DNA of 64,000 nucleotides, from assembly GCA_045568995.1 (NCBI GenBank), contig JBJKZY010000046.1, forward strand, positions 1,575 to 65,574, written 5' to 3'. Origin of the DNA: Fidelibacterota bacterium. GTDB lineage: Bacteria > Fidelibacterota > Marinisomatia > Marinisomatales > UBA1611. Of the stretch, positions 55,013-64,000 are shown piece after piece. The position numbers and the translations under genes are program-made. The notes below the pieces were generated by a model. It did not search any database, was not told the origin of the DNA, and saw only the letters and a list, made by a program, of their open reading frames with translations. Positions within the stretch are counted from its first letter, which is position 1, and each line of letters opens with the position of its first letter.

Positions 55013-56029
55013 TCAATCCCATACTAGAATTTTTTTTGGCACAATATATTTGGATAATTCTTGTTTTAATTTTTCCATCATGAAAATCCTTATGTTTTTT
55101 GGAAGTGCTACAGTATTTTTTTCAGTAACATATTCTGAGTAATATATTTCGGATTGTGGATTTCTACGATTTATTCGATTAAAATAATCTTTATTCATTC
55201 GAAAAGTTCCCAAAGTTATATCATATAATTTTTTATTATTTATTTTTTGAAATAAATATAAAAAAAACTCGGAATATATTTTATCCCAATTTTCTATGTT
55301 CATCACAGGATCAAAACATAGTCTGACCTTCCATCCTCTATCCATAGCAGATTGTATAGCTGAGATCCTTCGAGAAAGTGGAGGTGCTAAATGTTCATAT
55401 GCCTTACTGACTTCCTCAGGAGATATTGTCCAACTAAGTAATACATTCTGGTTCGAATCCATGGTATCAATTGGCTTAAAATTAGAGCTCTTTGTTCTTA
55501 TCTCAATTATAAGGTTTTTGCTCTCTGAAGCAAATTTTATCCAACTTTTTGTTATGGGAAATAAATTTTCCATAGCTAATAAATCGGTATTATAAGATAT
55601 TGAAACAGTTACGACTTCTTTTGAAGCTTTGTTTTGTTGTAATTTTAATTTTATATAATCCTGAAAGTCCTCCTGATTTACAAATATAACGATATTCCCG
55701 CTGGAATACATCCCCTGCAAAAAACAATATTCACAATTATATAAACAGTTAAGCATAGGCGTAGTATAAAAAAAACCTGGCATATGATGTCCCTGAACCA
55801 TATCCGTTACTTGATAAAGAAAAGGTGGGCTTTTTTTGGCAAGAATTATATTCATCGACTTTTTTTGAGTTTGAAAATCTTGTTTCGGTCGATTAAAAAC
55901 ATCCTTATAATTCTTAATACCTACGATTGAAGAATTGGGGAATTTATTGAGGATGGTATCTGACAAACGGTACCCGTAGGCTTCTTCCTCAATGTATATA
56001 TGTGAAAATTTAGGCTGTAAGATTTTCAC
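55013..56029 (-). CDS. Spore-photoproduct-lyase-family radical SAM enzyme
   Basis: 338 aa; CLYNCEYC (CxxxCxxC, residues 95-102) followed by FLQGMY; the overall length and N-terminal region (IYIEEEA..) resemble the SplB family. Confidence 0.75.
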   Translation of the reverse strand: MKILQPKFSHIYIEEEAYGYRLSDTILNKFPNSSIVGIKNYKDVFNRPKQDFQTQKKSMNIILAKKSPPFLYQVTDMVQGHHMPGFFYTTPMLNCLYNCEYCFLQGMYSSGNIVIFVNQEDFQDYIKLKLQQNKASKEVVTVSISYNTDLLAMENLFPITKSWIKFASESKNLIIEIRTKSSNFKPIDTMDSNQNVLLSWTISPEEVSKAYEHLAPPLSRRISAIQSAMDRGWKVRLCFDPVMNIENWDKIYSEFFLYLFQKINNKKLYDITLGTFRMNKDYFNRINRRNPQSEIYYSEYVTEKNTVALPKNIRIFMMEKLKQELSKYIVPKKILVWD

Positions 56030-56828
56030 AAATTTTTTTAAATATTTGATTTCTTTCGAACTTGGATTCTGGTTTTTTCAAAGGTATTCTTGAATACAAA
56101 TAACTGGGATCCCGAATCATTTTACCTTTGAAATATTTTTCTATTAACACACTCTGTGTCTTTGTTAATCTAAGGATTGCTATTATTTGCGCTAACCATT
56201 TCTGATCAAGATCATTAAGAATCTTATGAGTCTTATCATTACTTGGATTGCTATTTTTAATAAGATTCGCTATCTCTTCTATGTTCAATTTTATCAAATT
56301 TGAAAAATGATTTTTACCAAAATTTTCAAGACTTTTATCCATGTAATCAGAAACAATTTTTATAAAAATCAAATTGTGTACAGGGGTTAATTTAGAGCAA
56401 ACCTTGAAAATTTCAGAAGCCTCCATATCCACTAAGCCTGAGAATTCAGCACCCCCATTAGTTATTTCTTCACAAACTGTTGTAATCCCAGATTCTTTAA
56501 ATGAATGTTTGTATAGAATATCTGGGAAGTAAAACTTCTTAGAATTTTCATATCTTATTTTATTTATAATAAAAATATCACCGATAACATGGTTGTTTTT
56601 TTTGCCTCCAGCTAATCCCACATTTATAAATTGAATCGGTGTCTTCCCTACTTTTTGAATGAAATCATTTACTCTTTTTTCGATATATTTTTTACCTACA
56701 CCAATTCCGACAAGATAAAGATCTTTATTTCTAAAAACTGGAAATGAGAATCTTCTTTCCTTCTTTAAGTTGTAGAGTTCTATGAAAGGCTGAGATTCAG
56801 ATTTTAAAGCAGAAAGGATACACTGCAT
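56010..56828 (-). CDS. PNP/MTAN-fold nucleosidase-like protein with C-terminal extension
   Basis: 272 aa; INVGLAGGKKNNHVIGDIFII and GLVDMEASEIFKVC match the phosphorylase-superfamily (Pfs-like) motifs. About 100 extra C-terminal residues. 20-nt overlap with the radical SAM gene. Confidence 0.6.
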   Translation of the reverse strand: MQCILSALKSESQPFIELYNLKKERRFSFPVFRNKDLYLVGIGVGKKYIEKRVNDFIQKVGKTPIQFINVGLAGGKKNNHVIGDIFIINKIRYENSKKFYFPDILYKHSFKESGITTVCEEITNGGAEFSGLVDMEASEIFKVCSKLTPVHNLIFIKIVSDYMDKSLENFGKNHFSNLIKLNIEEIANLIKNSNPSNDKTHKILNDLDQKWLAQIIAILRLTKTQSVLIEKYFKGKMIRDPSYLYSRIPLKKPESKFERNQIFKKICENLTA

Positions 56829-56837
56829 ATTAATTAT

Positions 56838-57455
56838 TTAAAAAAATGAAAATCGAACTATTTTCTTTTTTGGTTTATATTTCGTTTTCCAAGGCTTTTT
56901 TCCTTCCCATGATAATTTCAGGCCTTCTAATCTTCCTTCTGGCCCAGGCATAAACTTACTTTCTTTATTCTTCTTTTGGACATCTAAGCTTATAGATTCT
57001 AATATGAGTTTTTTCGTAGAACTTGATAAACGGTCAAAATCTTCATAAATGATATCTCTGCCAAATCTAAATCCTATAAGTCTTAATAATTTCCCAAAAT
57101 AAAAAAGAGCTATCCCACCTCCAACACCGATTAGGATTCCTTGTGAATTTTCAAAAGCTGTATTTAGCTGCCCTGCTGCTCCAAGCCCTGCTGTAGCTGC
57201 AAGCGTGACAGATCCTAGAAAGACAAATGGCGTTCCGCAATACCGATAAGATTTTTCTGAATAACGGACCTCAACCAAATTTTTTATTGGAACTGTCATA
57301 AGTACTACACCATCCTCTTCAATAAATACTACCTCTCGGGGCTTTACTTTAAACTGATTGGATGATGTGAAAACATCGTTTGCTTTTGTAAAAAGTTGAA
57401 CACGCTGTGCATACCCAATAGAAAGGAGAATTAATGTAATAACTAATTTTTTCAA
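56838..57455 (-). CDS. Hypothetical secreted/membrane protein
   Basis: 205 aa; signal peptide; two Gly-rich hydrophobic segments; Lys-rich C-terminus. Confidence 0.55.
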   Translation of the reverse strand: MKKLVITLILLSIGYAQRVQLFTKANDVFTSSNQFKVKPREVVFIEEDGVVLMTVPIKNLVEVRYSEKSYRYCGTPFVFLGSVTLAATAGLGAAGQLNTAFENSQGILIGVGGGIALFYFGKLLRLIGFRFGRDIIYEDFDRLSSSTKKLILESISLDVQKKNKESKFMPGPEGRLEGLKLSWEGKKPWKTKYKPKKKIVRFSFF

Positions 57456-57480
57456 AACAGGATCCTAATATTATGCAAAT

Positions 57481-58617
57481 TTAAATAATTGATCGCAATG
57501 CATTCATCAAAGAATCTATATCTTTTTGATCATTATAGATATGGATAGATAATCGTATAAATTTTTCTTTATTCCATTCAAAAATAGGAATTTCAATTTT
57601 ATAATTTTCCCAAAGTATATTTTTAATCTTATTATTAGTATTTTTTGGCAGAGGGAATGAAATCATTTGCCCTAAGAAATCATCGCCTCTAGATATGGGA
57701 TCAGTTCGTAAAACTTTCTGAAATTGATCCCCTGTATTCAGAATTAGTTTTTTACTATCCTCTTGAAAACTTTCTATATCATTTTTAAAAAAATTAATTA
57801 CCTTAGGAACCGTTAAAAATGCTGACATATCTCGGGTCCCTTGCCATTGAAAATCTTGCAAAAACTCAGAACGTTCTGGGTCATCTCCATCTTTACCCCA
57901 GCTATATATAACAGGCTTAATCCATTTTTGGTGTTCCTTTTTGACAAATAAAAAAGAGGCTCCTTTGGGACCACACATCCATTTATGCAAAGCCCCTGTA
58001 TAAAAGTCACACCCAAGTTTATGAATATTTAAATCAATATGACCTGGTACATGAGCACCGTCCACTATAGTAATTATTTTCCTTTTCTTTGCATAATCAA
58101 TTATGTCTTGTATTGGAAAGATTAAACCTGTTGGACTAGTAATTTGAGAAAGGAAAATGACTTTTGTTTTTGATGATATCTTGTTATAAATATCCTCAAA
58201 GAACTTATCTTTTGATTCTAAAGGCAATGTAATATGTGCATTTTTAATATATACCTTAGACTTTTTACCCCAGGCATTCCAAGCTCTAACCAAAGCTCCA
58301 TATTCATGATCTGTCATAAGAACTTCATCTCCAGGCTTTAAGTCTAAATTATAAATGATATTGGATATAGCTGTGGTGGGGTTTGGGAAAAACAAAACTT
58401 CATCTTGATCGCATCCTAAAAATGCAGCCAAAGATTCCCTAGATTCTTTCAAAGCGGGATATAATTCTTCCGTTAAAAACTGTACTGGTTGTTTTTCCAA
58501 TTTAACTTGCCAATTTTGATAATCTTCAAAGATTTCTCTAGGACAAGCACCAAAGGATCCGTGATTTAAATAGGTAATACCTTCTTCAAGTAAAAAAGAG
58601 TTTTTATTTCCATTCAT
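57481..58617 (-). CDS. Class V aminotransferase-fold PLP enzyme (isopenicillin-N-epimerase / cysteine desulfurase-like)
   Basis: 378 aa; ITYLNHGSFGACP N-terminus, DGAHVPGH, GALHKWMCGPKGASFLFV (PLP Lys). Confidence 0.8.
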   Translation of the reverse strand: MNGNKNSFLLEEGITYLNHGSFGACPREIFEDYQNWQVKLEKQPVQFLTEELYPALKESRESLAAFLGCDQDEVLFFPNPTTAISNIIYNLDLKPGDEVLMTDHEYGALVRAWNAWGKKSKVYIKNAHITLPLESKDKFFEDIYNKISSKTKVIFLSQITSPTGLIFPIQDIIDYAKKRKIITIVDGAHVPGHIDLNIHKLGCDFYTGALHKWMCGPKGASFLFVKKEHQKWIKPVIYSWGKDGDDPERSEFLQDFQWQGTRDMSAFLTVPKVINFFKNDIESFQEDSKKLILNTGDQFQKVLRTDPISRGDDFLGQMISFPLPKNTNNKIKNILWENYKIEIPIFEWNKEKFIRLSIHIYNDQKDIDSLMNALRSII

Positions 58618-58657
58618 ATAGAAGTTTATGAAATATTAATTATTAGAATAAATCATA

Positions 58658-59350
58658 TCAATAAGGGAGAGGCTTGAATAATTTATACGCTTTGAAAAAT
58701 ATGTATATATGGATAAAGCCTAAAACCTCAAATCCAAGGATATACCACGGCCAATATCCAATAATCATTGGATTCCTCACCAATGGTCTTTCTGCTAAGT
58801 ACATGTAATTAGCATCCAATATATAATTGGATAAACCAATAAACACCAATAAAAACTGAAGCAAAATAAATACCTGTACCCAGGCTTTATCTTGGATCCT
58901 ATATCCTAATACAATTGCAAATATGATGGGAGTTAAGATTATACCTGTGTGACTAGCATAATACTCGAAAATCATAAAATCGGTTCTACCATGATTTAGT
59001 TGAGGTGTAAGCAAAGCATGTAGTGCACCTGGAGATCCAATTAATGCTAAAAATTGGAACCCTGTTTTATTTGGCTTTATCAGAAGAATACCTGCTAATA
59101 TTCTAGAGATACCGCAAAGATGAATAGGTAAAGATGCGGAAACCGACCAGCGACCTAATTCATATAGGTGATAATGTCGTATCAGTTCTAAAGAAAGCAA
59201 AAATAGTCCAAGAAAAACCATAAGCATTTTTCTACGATCGGGGGGGATTCTTATAGCCAACTGAATAATCAAAATAGAAATGGTAATTGAAAAAATAATT
59301 CCAAACCACCAAAGATTAGAAAAAACATTTATTATTTCAGGAACTACCAT
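58658..59350 (-). CDS. Integral membrane protein (YwaF/TIGR02206-like, tentative)
   Basis: 230 aa; 6-7 TM; LPIHLCGISRIL resembles the family signature as I recall it. Confidence 0.6.
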   Translation of the reverse strand: MVVPEIINVFSNLWWFGIIFSITISILIIQLAIRIPPDRRKMLMVFLGLFLLSLELIRHYHLYELGRWSVSASLPIHLCGISRILAGILLIKPNKTGFQFLALIGSPGALHALLTPQLNHGRTDFMIFEYYASHTGIILTPIIFAIVLGYRIQDKAWVQVFILLQFLLVFIGLSNYILDANYMYLAERPLVRNPMIIGYWPWYILGFEVLGFIHIYIFFKAYKLFKPLPY

Positions 59351-59358
59351 TCGACATC

Positions 59359-60165
59359 TTAAAATCTTCTGATTCGTTTTTTAAATGTTATGGCTTGTTC
59401 TATCATACTTGATATAAGATTATCGCCTAATGATTTCGGAAAGTGATAATTCGATATATTCTGAATATCTTTATCAGTTTTGTTGAGATAATCTAACGCA
59501 GGCTTTTGCAATGATATTTTAATATTATCTCTGTCTCCTTCTTTCCAGTCCACATCAAATGTATTGAATAAGTTTTGTACGATAGTGATTTGATCTTTCT
59601 GGGTAAATCTGATGGTTTTAAGATTTCTAAAAAATTTTCCCATTGCAATTTGAAGGCCAGTTAAATGTCCTGCTCTTGGCATATTTTTCCTATAATTATG
59701 CTCTATTTCTAAATCTTTTTTTATTATCGTAAGTATATCAAAAACAATGGATATACCCTTATGCTTAGAAATTGGATCATTGAATTGTTTTGGTGCTAAT
59801 AATTCAGGATCTTGAATAATTATATTAATCCTATCCAAGTAATTACTTAACAACCCAGAATAAAAAGCTCTCATTTTTTGGGTGATATCTAATCTGTCTT
59901 TTTTTGAAAGTCCCATAAAATAGGTACTATCTTTCAATGTAGACAATAAATCATTGATTAAATGGTTATAATGATGATTATTGGTATCTGCTTCTAAAAA
60001 GGATAGCTGCTGAACTGTATTATAATTATGAATAGGACTATCTTTATGAGAAATACAGGATCTAAGTTTTTCAATATTTCTTTCATAAGTGACATTAATA
60101 TCTTTTAAAACAGTTTCTGGATCATACTTGGATCGAATTTGCTTAGTAGTCAATAAATTTTTCAC
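59359..60165 (-). CDS. Hypothetical cytoplasmic protein
   Basis: 268 aa; no signal peptide, no recognised motifs. Confidence 0.55.
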   Translation of the reverse strand: MKNLLTTKQIRSKYDPETVLKDINVTYERNIEKLRSCISHKDSPIHNYNTVQQLSFLEADTNNHHYNHLINDLLSTLKDSTYFMGLSKKDRLDITQKMRAFYSGLLSNYLDRINIIIQDPELLAPKQFNDPISKHKGISIVFDILTIIKKDLEIEHNYRKNMPRAGHLTGLQIAMGKFFRNLKTIRFTQKDQITIVQNLFNTFDVDWKEGDRDNIKISLQKPALDYLNKTDKDIQNISNYHFPKSLGDNLISSMIEQAITFKKRIRRF

Positions 60166-60218
60166 AGAGGGCTAAATGTAGTTGAGGATTACAATTAAAT
60201 GCAATAAAGCATAATATC

Positions 60219-63200
60219 TTACTTTAAGAAAATAACCTTTTGATTTTTTACCATTCCGCCATAGCGAAGCTGAGCAAAATATATACCGGAAGCATGGTGC
60301 TGTGCATACCATTTCACTTTGTATGTCCCAGGAATTAATTCCTGCTTCAATAGAGTATCAACTACCCTACCCTTAACATCATAAATTAATAGAAGAACAT
60401 TTTGTGAACCTTCTATCGATAAAGGAATATCAAATTTAAATGTAGCAATAGGATTAAATGGGTTGGGATAGGCAGGAAACAAAGATAATTTTTTAGGTAG
60501 AGGTTCATGATTTAGCATATAGTCGCCTTTTTGTATACCATTTTTATTTTTAAATGTATACAATAATTTTCCTTGCGAAATAGAGCTGATATCTATCTTA
60601 ATCGTGTCATTGACCAATAATCCTGATCGAGCAAATTCAATTATAGAATAGCCTCTTTCTGGAAAATGGTTATTTAAATACAACTTGTTTTCTTTGGATG
60701 CCGGTAAGTGAAAACTGGGAGTATTTCCTCCCTTATCATAAACAAATTGAATTTGACCACATAACGCGCTGTCGTTTATTGGAATCGACAGAAATTTATC
60801 TGTCTGAAAAATATTCACAAGACTTCCATAAGATGCAGAATCATCAATGATTTCTCCAAAGCTACTCTGATACCATGACCATATTTGTACAAAAGCCATA
60901 CCATCATCTATATTAAATTTTGAATCTGGTAATGATATTAGATGGGGAACTGTTCCTTCAAAAGGGCCAAGTTCATAATTAAAGTTTTTCGCCTCCCAAT
61001 TTTCTACTAAATCCCACATGTCATTGTATGATATCTTCCCATCAAAATCATAATCTCCTAAAATCGGTGTCCGGTAAGTATATGCAATATCAACCGTTGT
61101 AAGACTTGACTGATCCTCTAAGTATGGGAAATCAATTGAAATCGAATCATAACTCGCAAAAGGAGGTTCAAGAGTTATTTGTAGATAATCATCTGTTAGT
61201 ATTGAGGAAAACTTAACTGTATCCATTGCATACGAAGAGACGGTAAAAGCAACTGAATCTAATTTTTCATTAAACCGGAAAATAATAGGGTTACTTTCCA
61301 TTAATACAATAAATGAATCTATCGGTACTGAAATTGAATCAATACTTGGAGGTAGCATATCATTCAACTCCAATTGTCCTGTGAAATTATTACTAGGGAA
61401 AGGTATCCCAGCATCATCATATAGGAAGAGACTGTCCGAAGGACTTAAGGATATTTTCTCTCCTCCTTCCGGTGTACCATTATATTCCAGATTTATCCGA
61501 ATACTGTCTTCTCCACCAATTAAAAAATTACTATTTGTATTGGATACACTTGTAACAAAACATGAATCAACATTACTACCATCAGCATCAATAAACACCT
61601 GTACATTATTAACTTCTAAAGGCGATGATGCCTCTTCGTCTCCAAAAATTTTATCATTGAAAATTAAATCAACATAGGAGTTATCTTCTGCTAATTGGTA
61701 AGTAAGAATCGCAGGAGGAATATTATCAACTGTTTCAAAATATAAGTCTAAGTTAAGTAACGATTCGTTACCCTTCCCATCTCCAAACAGACCACTAAAA
61801 TTAAAATAAACTGTTTGATCACTTAATAAAGCTATATTTGGAACAATCTTTATCGTAGTGTTGTCGTCCTCTAATTCAATATCAAATGGGATGTCAATCC
61901 CAAGACTATCACCATATTTCAGAGTGAAAAATTCCTCTAGATCTATGTTACTAAGTAGTTCATTTGTTTCCACATTATAGAGAGGCTCTGATAATGAAAT
62001 CTCTATTTCTGAATCTAATGAAATACTTTCAGATCCATCCGGAAAGTTTGTATCCACAACCGTTGGTGGTGAACTATCTGATAAACTTTGAGTAATGGAT
62101 GCACTTCTTTTCATGCCCATCCCAAATGAGTTAAATATAGATGCATTGTTTTGCGTCCTAATCGTAATTAACTCTTGTCCTGTAGATTCACCAATAACTG
62201 TAATATAAAACCGAATTGTATCTTCACCGCTAGAAAGTGGATTCCCATCATTATCCGCTATATATTCCAAATTTATGCCAGTTGCGGTACCACCTGTATT
62301 TTGATCAAAAATCATTTCAAAATCAGAAGGATCAACTGCTCCTTCTGCTGTTGCATTTGTATACATATTTTCACTAAAACGTATCTCTAAATAACTATCA
62401 TCTTCCGCAATATCGGAAGAAACAATCTCAGGAAGAGTTCCCACAGAAAGTGCATAATTTCCTAGGACTCCACTGTATCCATCTACAATTAAGTAATAAG
62501 TCCCTGCCTGTAACGTTATGCTATCAATAATACTAGCGTAGTAAGCGGGTTCAACACTTGAAATAGGACAAAAAAGACTATCTCCGTCATCAAATTCTGT
62601 AATAGAAACAGGATTCCCGCAAGTGTCTTTAACGGCAAGTATGGTATCAAAATCAGTTAAAGGGTCACATGTATCAATGAAAAGACTTTTTTGTGTAGGC
62701 AAATTAATTTGGTAAGAATAATCATTCCCATTTGGATAATTTTGAAAGCTCCAATCATCTCCCATATTATTTTCTAGGGCAGATAGATGGTAAAATGGGA
62801 AGCTAGTTATCACCGTATCCACGCATGACCCTAAGCAAGCACCCTCATAAACATCTGCATCCCAATATCCTTCGCCTCCAATAACTAGAGTACCATTATT
62901 TCCATTACCTGTTAGATCTGATATGGTTGCATCATTTCCATCATTGAAACTCCAATAAGCCATCAAAAAACTAGCTCCTGCAGTTGGGGGTATACACATT
63001 GTACTTTGTATTTGGTTTGCTTCAAGAGAGTAATTCCAAAGTCGAACTTCATCAATAGATCCACTAAAATATCCATCCAATTCTCCAATATCTACGTTTA
63101 CACTTCTACCAATTTTCATATCCATGTCTGAAATATAGTTCCAATTTATAAGACCTCCTTGTGTAGCAAAGCTATCTTGTTCATATCCGTTTTTAAAAAT

Positions 63201-63602
63201 TTTTGCAATCCCCGTTTCAGAATCATATGTCCCTGCAATATGAGTCCAGGTATCACTATTTACTGTAACTCCAGGCCAGAGCTCAAGGCCATCTTCAAAA
63301 ATTCCATTTTGTCCACTTCCAACACTTACAATAAATCGAAACATATCTTCATAATATATAATAGAAAAACCAGATTCTTCATCTATCCCATTAAATCTTA
63401 AATATTGTATAATAGGGTCGAAATTTTCATAATTTACCTGATCTGGGTTTACCCAACATTCAATTGTCATAGCATTCTCTGGTTGAATAGTGCTCGCGCT
63501 CTGAATATTTACATAATCATTTTGTTGAAATGTAAAACTTGAATCCTGTGCAAAAACGAATCCAATTAGAAGAGATGTAATCCAAAAATGTCTATTCAAC
63601 AC
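60219..63602 (-). CDS. Large surface protein: LamG/ConA-like domain, PPC-like domain, Ig-like repeats, dockerin-like Ca loop, T9SS-type C-terminal sorting domain
   Basis: 1127 aa; signal peptide; GSIDEVRLWNYSLEANQI (LamG_3-type), AGTYYLIVDGYSGVLGNYALSV (pre-peptidase C-terminal type), DYDFDGKISYND (DxDxDGxIxxxD). C-terminus YPNPFNPIATFKFDI..SGIYFAQLRY..QKVIFLK. Confidence 0.8.
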   Translation of the reverse strand: MLNRHFWITSLLIGFVFAQDSSFTFQQNDYVNIQSASTIQPENAMTIECWVNPDQVNYENFDPIIQYLRFNGIDEESGFSIIYYEDMFRFIVSVGSGQNGIFEDGLELWPGVTVNSDTWTHIAGTYDSETGIAKIFKNGYEQDSFATQGGLINWNYISDMDMKIGRSVNVDIGELDGYFSGSIDEVRLWNYSLEANQIQSTMCIPPTAGASFLMAYWSFNDGNDATISDLTGNGNNGTLVIGGEGYWDADVYEGACLGSCVDTVITSFPFYHLSALENNMGDDWSFQNYPNGNDYSYQINLPTQKSLFIDTCDPLTDFDTILAVKDTCGNPVSITEFDDGDSLFCPISSVEPAYYASIIDSITLQAGTYYLIVDGYSGVLGNYALSVGTLPEIVSSDIAEDDSYLEIRFSENMYTNATAEGAVDPSDFEMIFDQNTGGTATGINLEYIADNDGNPLSSGEDTIRFYITVIGESTGQELITIRTQNNASIFNSFGMGMKRSASITQSLSDSSPPTVVDTNFPDGSESISLDSEIEISLSEPLYNVETNELLSNIDLEEFFTLKYGDSLGIDIPFDIELEDDNTTIKIVPNIALLSDQTVYFNFSGLFGDGKGNESLLNLDLYFETVDNIPPAILTYQLAEDNSYVDLIFNDKIFGDEEASSPLEVNNVQVFIDADGSNVDSCFVTSVSNTNSNFLIGGEDSIRINLEYNGTPEGGEKISLSPSDSLFLYDDAGIPFPSNNFTGQLELNDMLPPSIDSISVPIDSFIVLMESNPIIFRFNEKLDSVAFTVSSYAMDTVKFSSILTDDYLQITLEPPFASYDSISIDFPYLEDQSSLTTVDIAYTYRTPILGDYDFDGKISYNDMWDLVENWEAKNFNYELGPFEGTVPHLISLPDSKFNIDDGMAFVQIWSWYQSSFGEIIDDSASYGSLVNIFQTDKFLSIPINDSALCGQIQFVYDKGGNTPSFHLPASKENKLYLNNHFPERGYSIIEFARSGLLVNDTIKIDISSISQGKLLYTFKNKNGIQKGDYMLNHEPLPKKLSLFPAYPNPFNPIATFKFDIPLSIEGSQNVLLLIYDVKGRVVDTLLKQELIPGTYKVKWYAQHHASGIYFAQLRYGGMVKNQKVIFLK

Positions 63603-64000
63603 TTATATAACCTTTACCAAAATCCTTAATACGAACCGAATCATTGTTTGCATCTCTAAGAATTGTATTTGATCCATACAATAGTTCAGATTCTCCTGTA
63701 GATATTGTTGAAAGATATACCGTTGCCAGGGACCATGTTCCTCCTTCATTCTGGTTATTTTGTACATCTGGTAAATAGTAGAGATATATATCAAGTACTC
63801 CTTGCTCATCCACCGTTATTTCCATTGGATTATTTTGTCCTGCAAAAAAAGGTCCCGGAATCACAGAGTCAACGGTTACACTTCCCCAGTCATATCTAAT
63901 ATCTAAATGAGCTGCTGCTGCAGGCTCGAGCTCTAATCCATACAATTCAATGGAAATAGAGGTATCAATTGTGGTAAGTATTTCCGGAGGATGAAAGAAA
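63592..64000 (-). CDS. C-terminal part of a secreted protein, possibly cohesin-like; N-terminus lies beyond the window
   Basis: The frame stays open from 64000 (..FFHPPEILTTIDTSISIELYGLELEPAAAAHLDIRYDWGSVTVDSVIPGPFFAG..). The track's start at 63945 is only an internal TTG. Overlaps the downstream gene by 11 nt. Confidence 0.6.
   Translation of the reverse strand, partial: FFHPPEILTTIDTSISIELYGLELEPAAAAHLDIRYDWGSVTVDSVIPGPFFAGQNNPMEITVDEQGVLDIYLYYLPDVQNNQNEGGTWSLATVYLSTISTGESELLYGSNTILRDANNDSVRIKDFGKGYISVE

Noticed and set aside
59240-59246. G7 run (C7 on the coding strand, Pro-Pro) in the membrane protein gene 58658..59350 as a second phase-variation candidate.
   Set aside because: It is shorter than the C8 tract and lies in a housekeeping-looking polytopic membrane protein. 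The prior for phase variation is low.
1-64000. Genome-wide TGA reassignment (code 4/25) as an explanation for the in-frame TGA.
   Set aside because: TGA terminates several well-delimited genes at the expected protein ends (kynA at 2084, amidohydrolase at 7479..7481, gap paralog at 49870, LOG at 4447).
1-64000. Search for CRISPR arrays, rRNA/tRNA genes, transposases, integrases, toxin-antitoxin pairs, reverse transcriptases or known defence-system hallmarks.
   Set aside because: None was recognised in any frame or spacer. The window looks like core chromosome plus envelope/accessory metabolism rather than a mobile or defence island.

Overview
AT-rich, very gene-dense chromosomal segment: about 57 CDS, mostly short spacers, many ATGA/TAATG translational overlaps. 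I recognise no rRNA, tRNA, CRISPR array, transposase, integrase or phage gene. Four secreted proteins end in a Por/T9SS-type C-terminal sorting domain (..YPNPFNP.. ending K-x-x-x-L-K), and the TonB-dependent receptor has a CarboxypepD_reg-like N-domain. This suggests a marine member of the FCB superphylum; Marinimicrobia/SAR406-like is only a guess.

Content from left to right:
- Tryptophan 2,3-dioxygenase operon with an ALDH8-type dehydrogenase.
- LOG-family gene plus a pair of secreted amidohydrolases with degenerate metal sites.
- TetR and a ferritin-like gene.
- Complete C4-type heme biosynthesis supercluster (ALAS, hemB, hemC with extension, hemE, hemF, hemJ, hemH).
- TonB-dependent receptor.
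- Bacillus-like fadR-fadE-fadA-fadN beta-oxidation operon.
- 15-kb envelope locus (26.7-42.0 kb) in which two paralogous COG1033 RND/MMPL + LolA-like modules flank sulfotransferases of two mechanistic classes, a periplasmic START protein, an LRR protein, a DUF1302-like outer-membrane barrel and an orphan KAS III.
- Thiamine pyrophosphokinase-SSS transporter-CYTH operon.
- PPi-dependent glycolysis genes, including a tandem GAPDH pair whose upstream copy lacks the catalytic Cys.
- GH16 glucanase.
- SPL-type radical SAM/nucleosidase pair.
- Large LamG/dockerin/T9SS surface protein.

The finding I rate highest is a gene the ORF track splits in two (53288..54826, minus strand). It is one reading frame interrupted by a single TGA, placed exactly at the first Cys of a thioredoxin-fold CxxC motif (U-S-A-C). 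A SECIS-like hairpin lies immediately downstream. This makes it a candidate secreted, T9SS-sorted selenoprotein. All functional calls come from motif recognition by eye; no searches were run.
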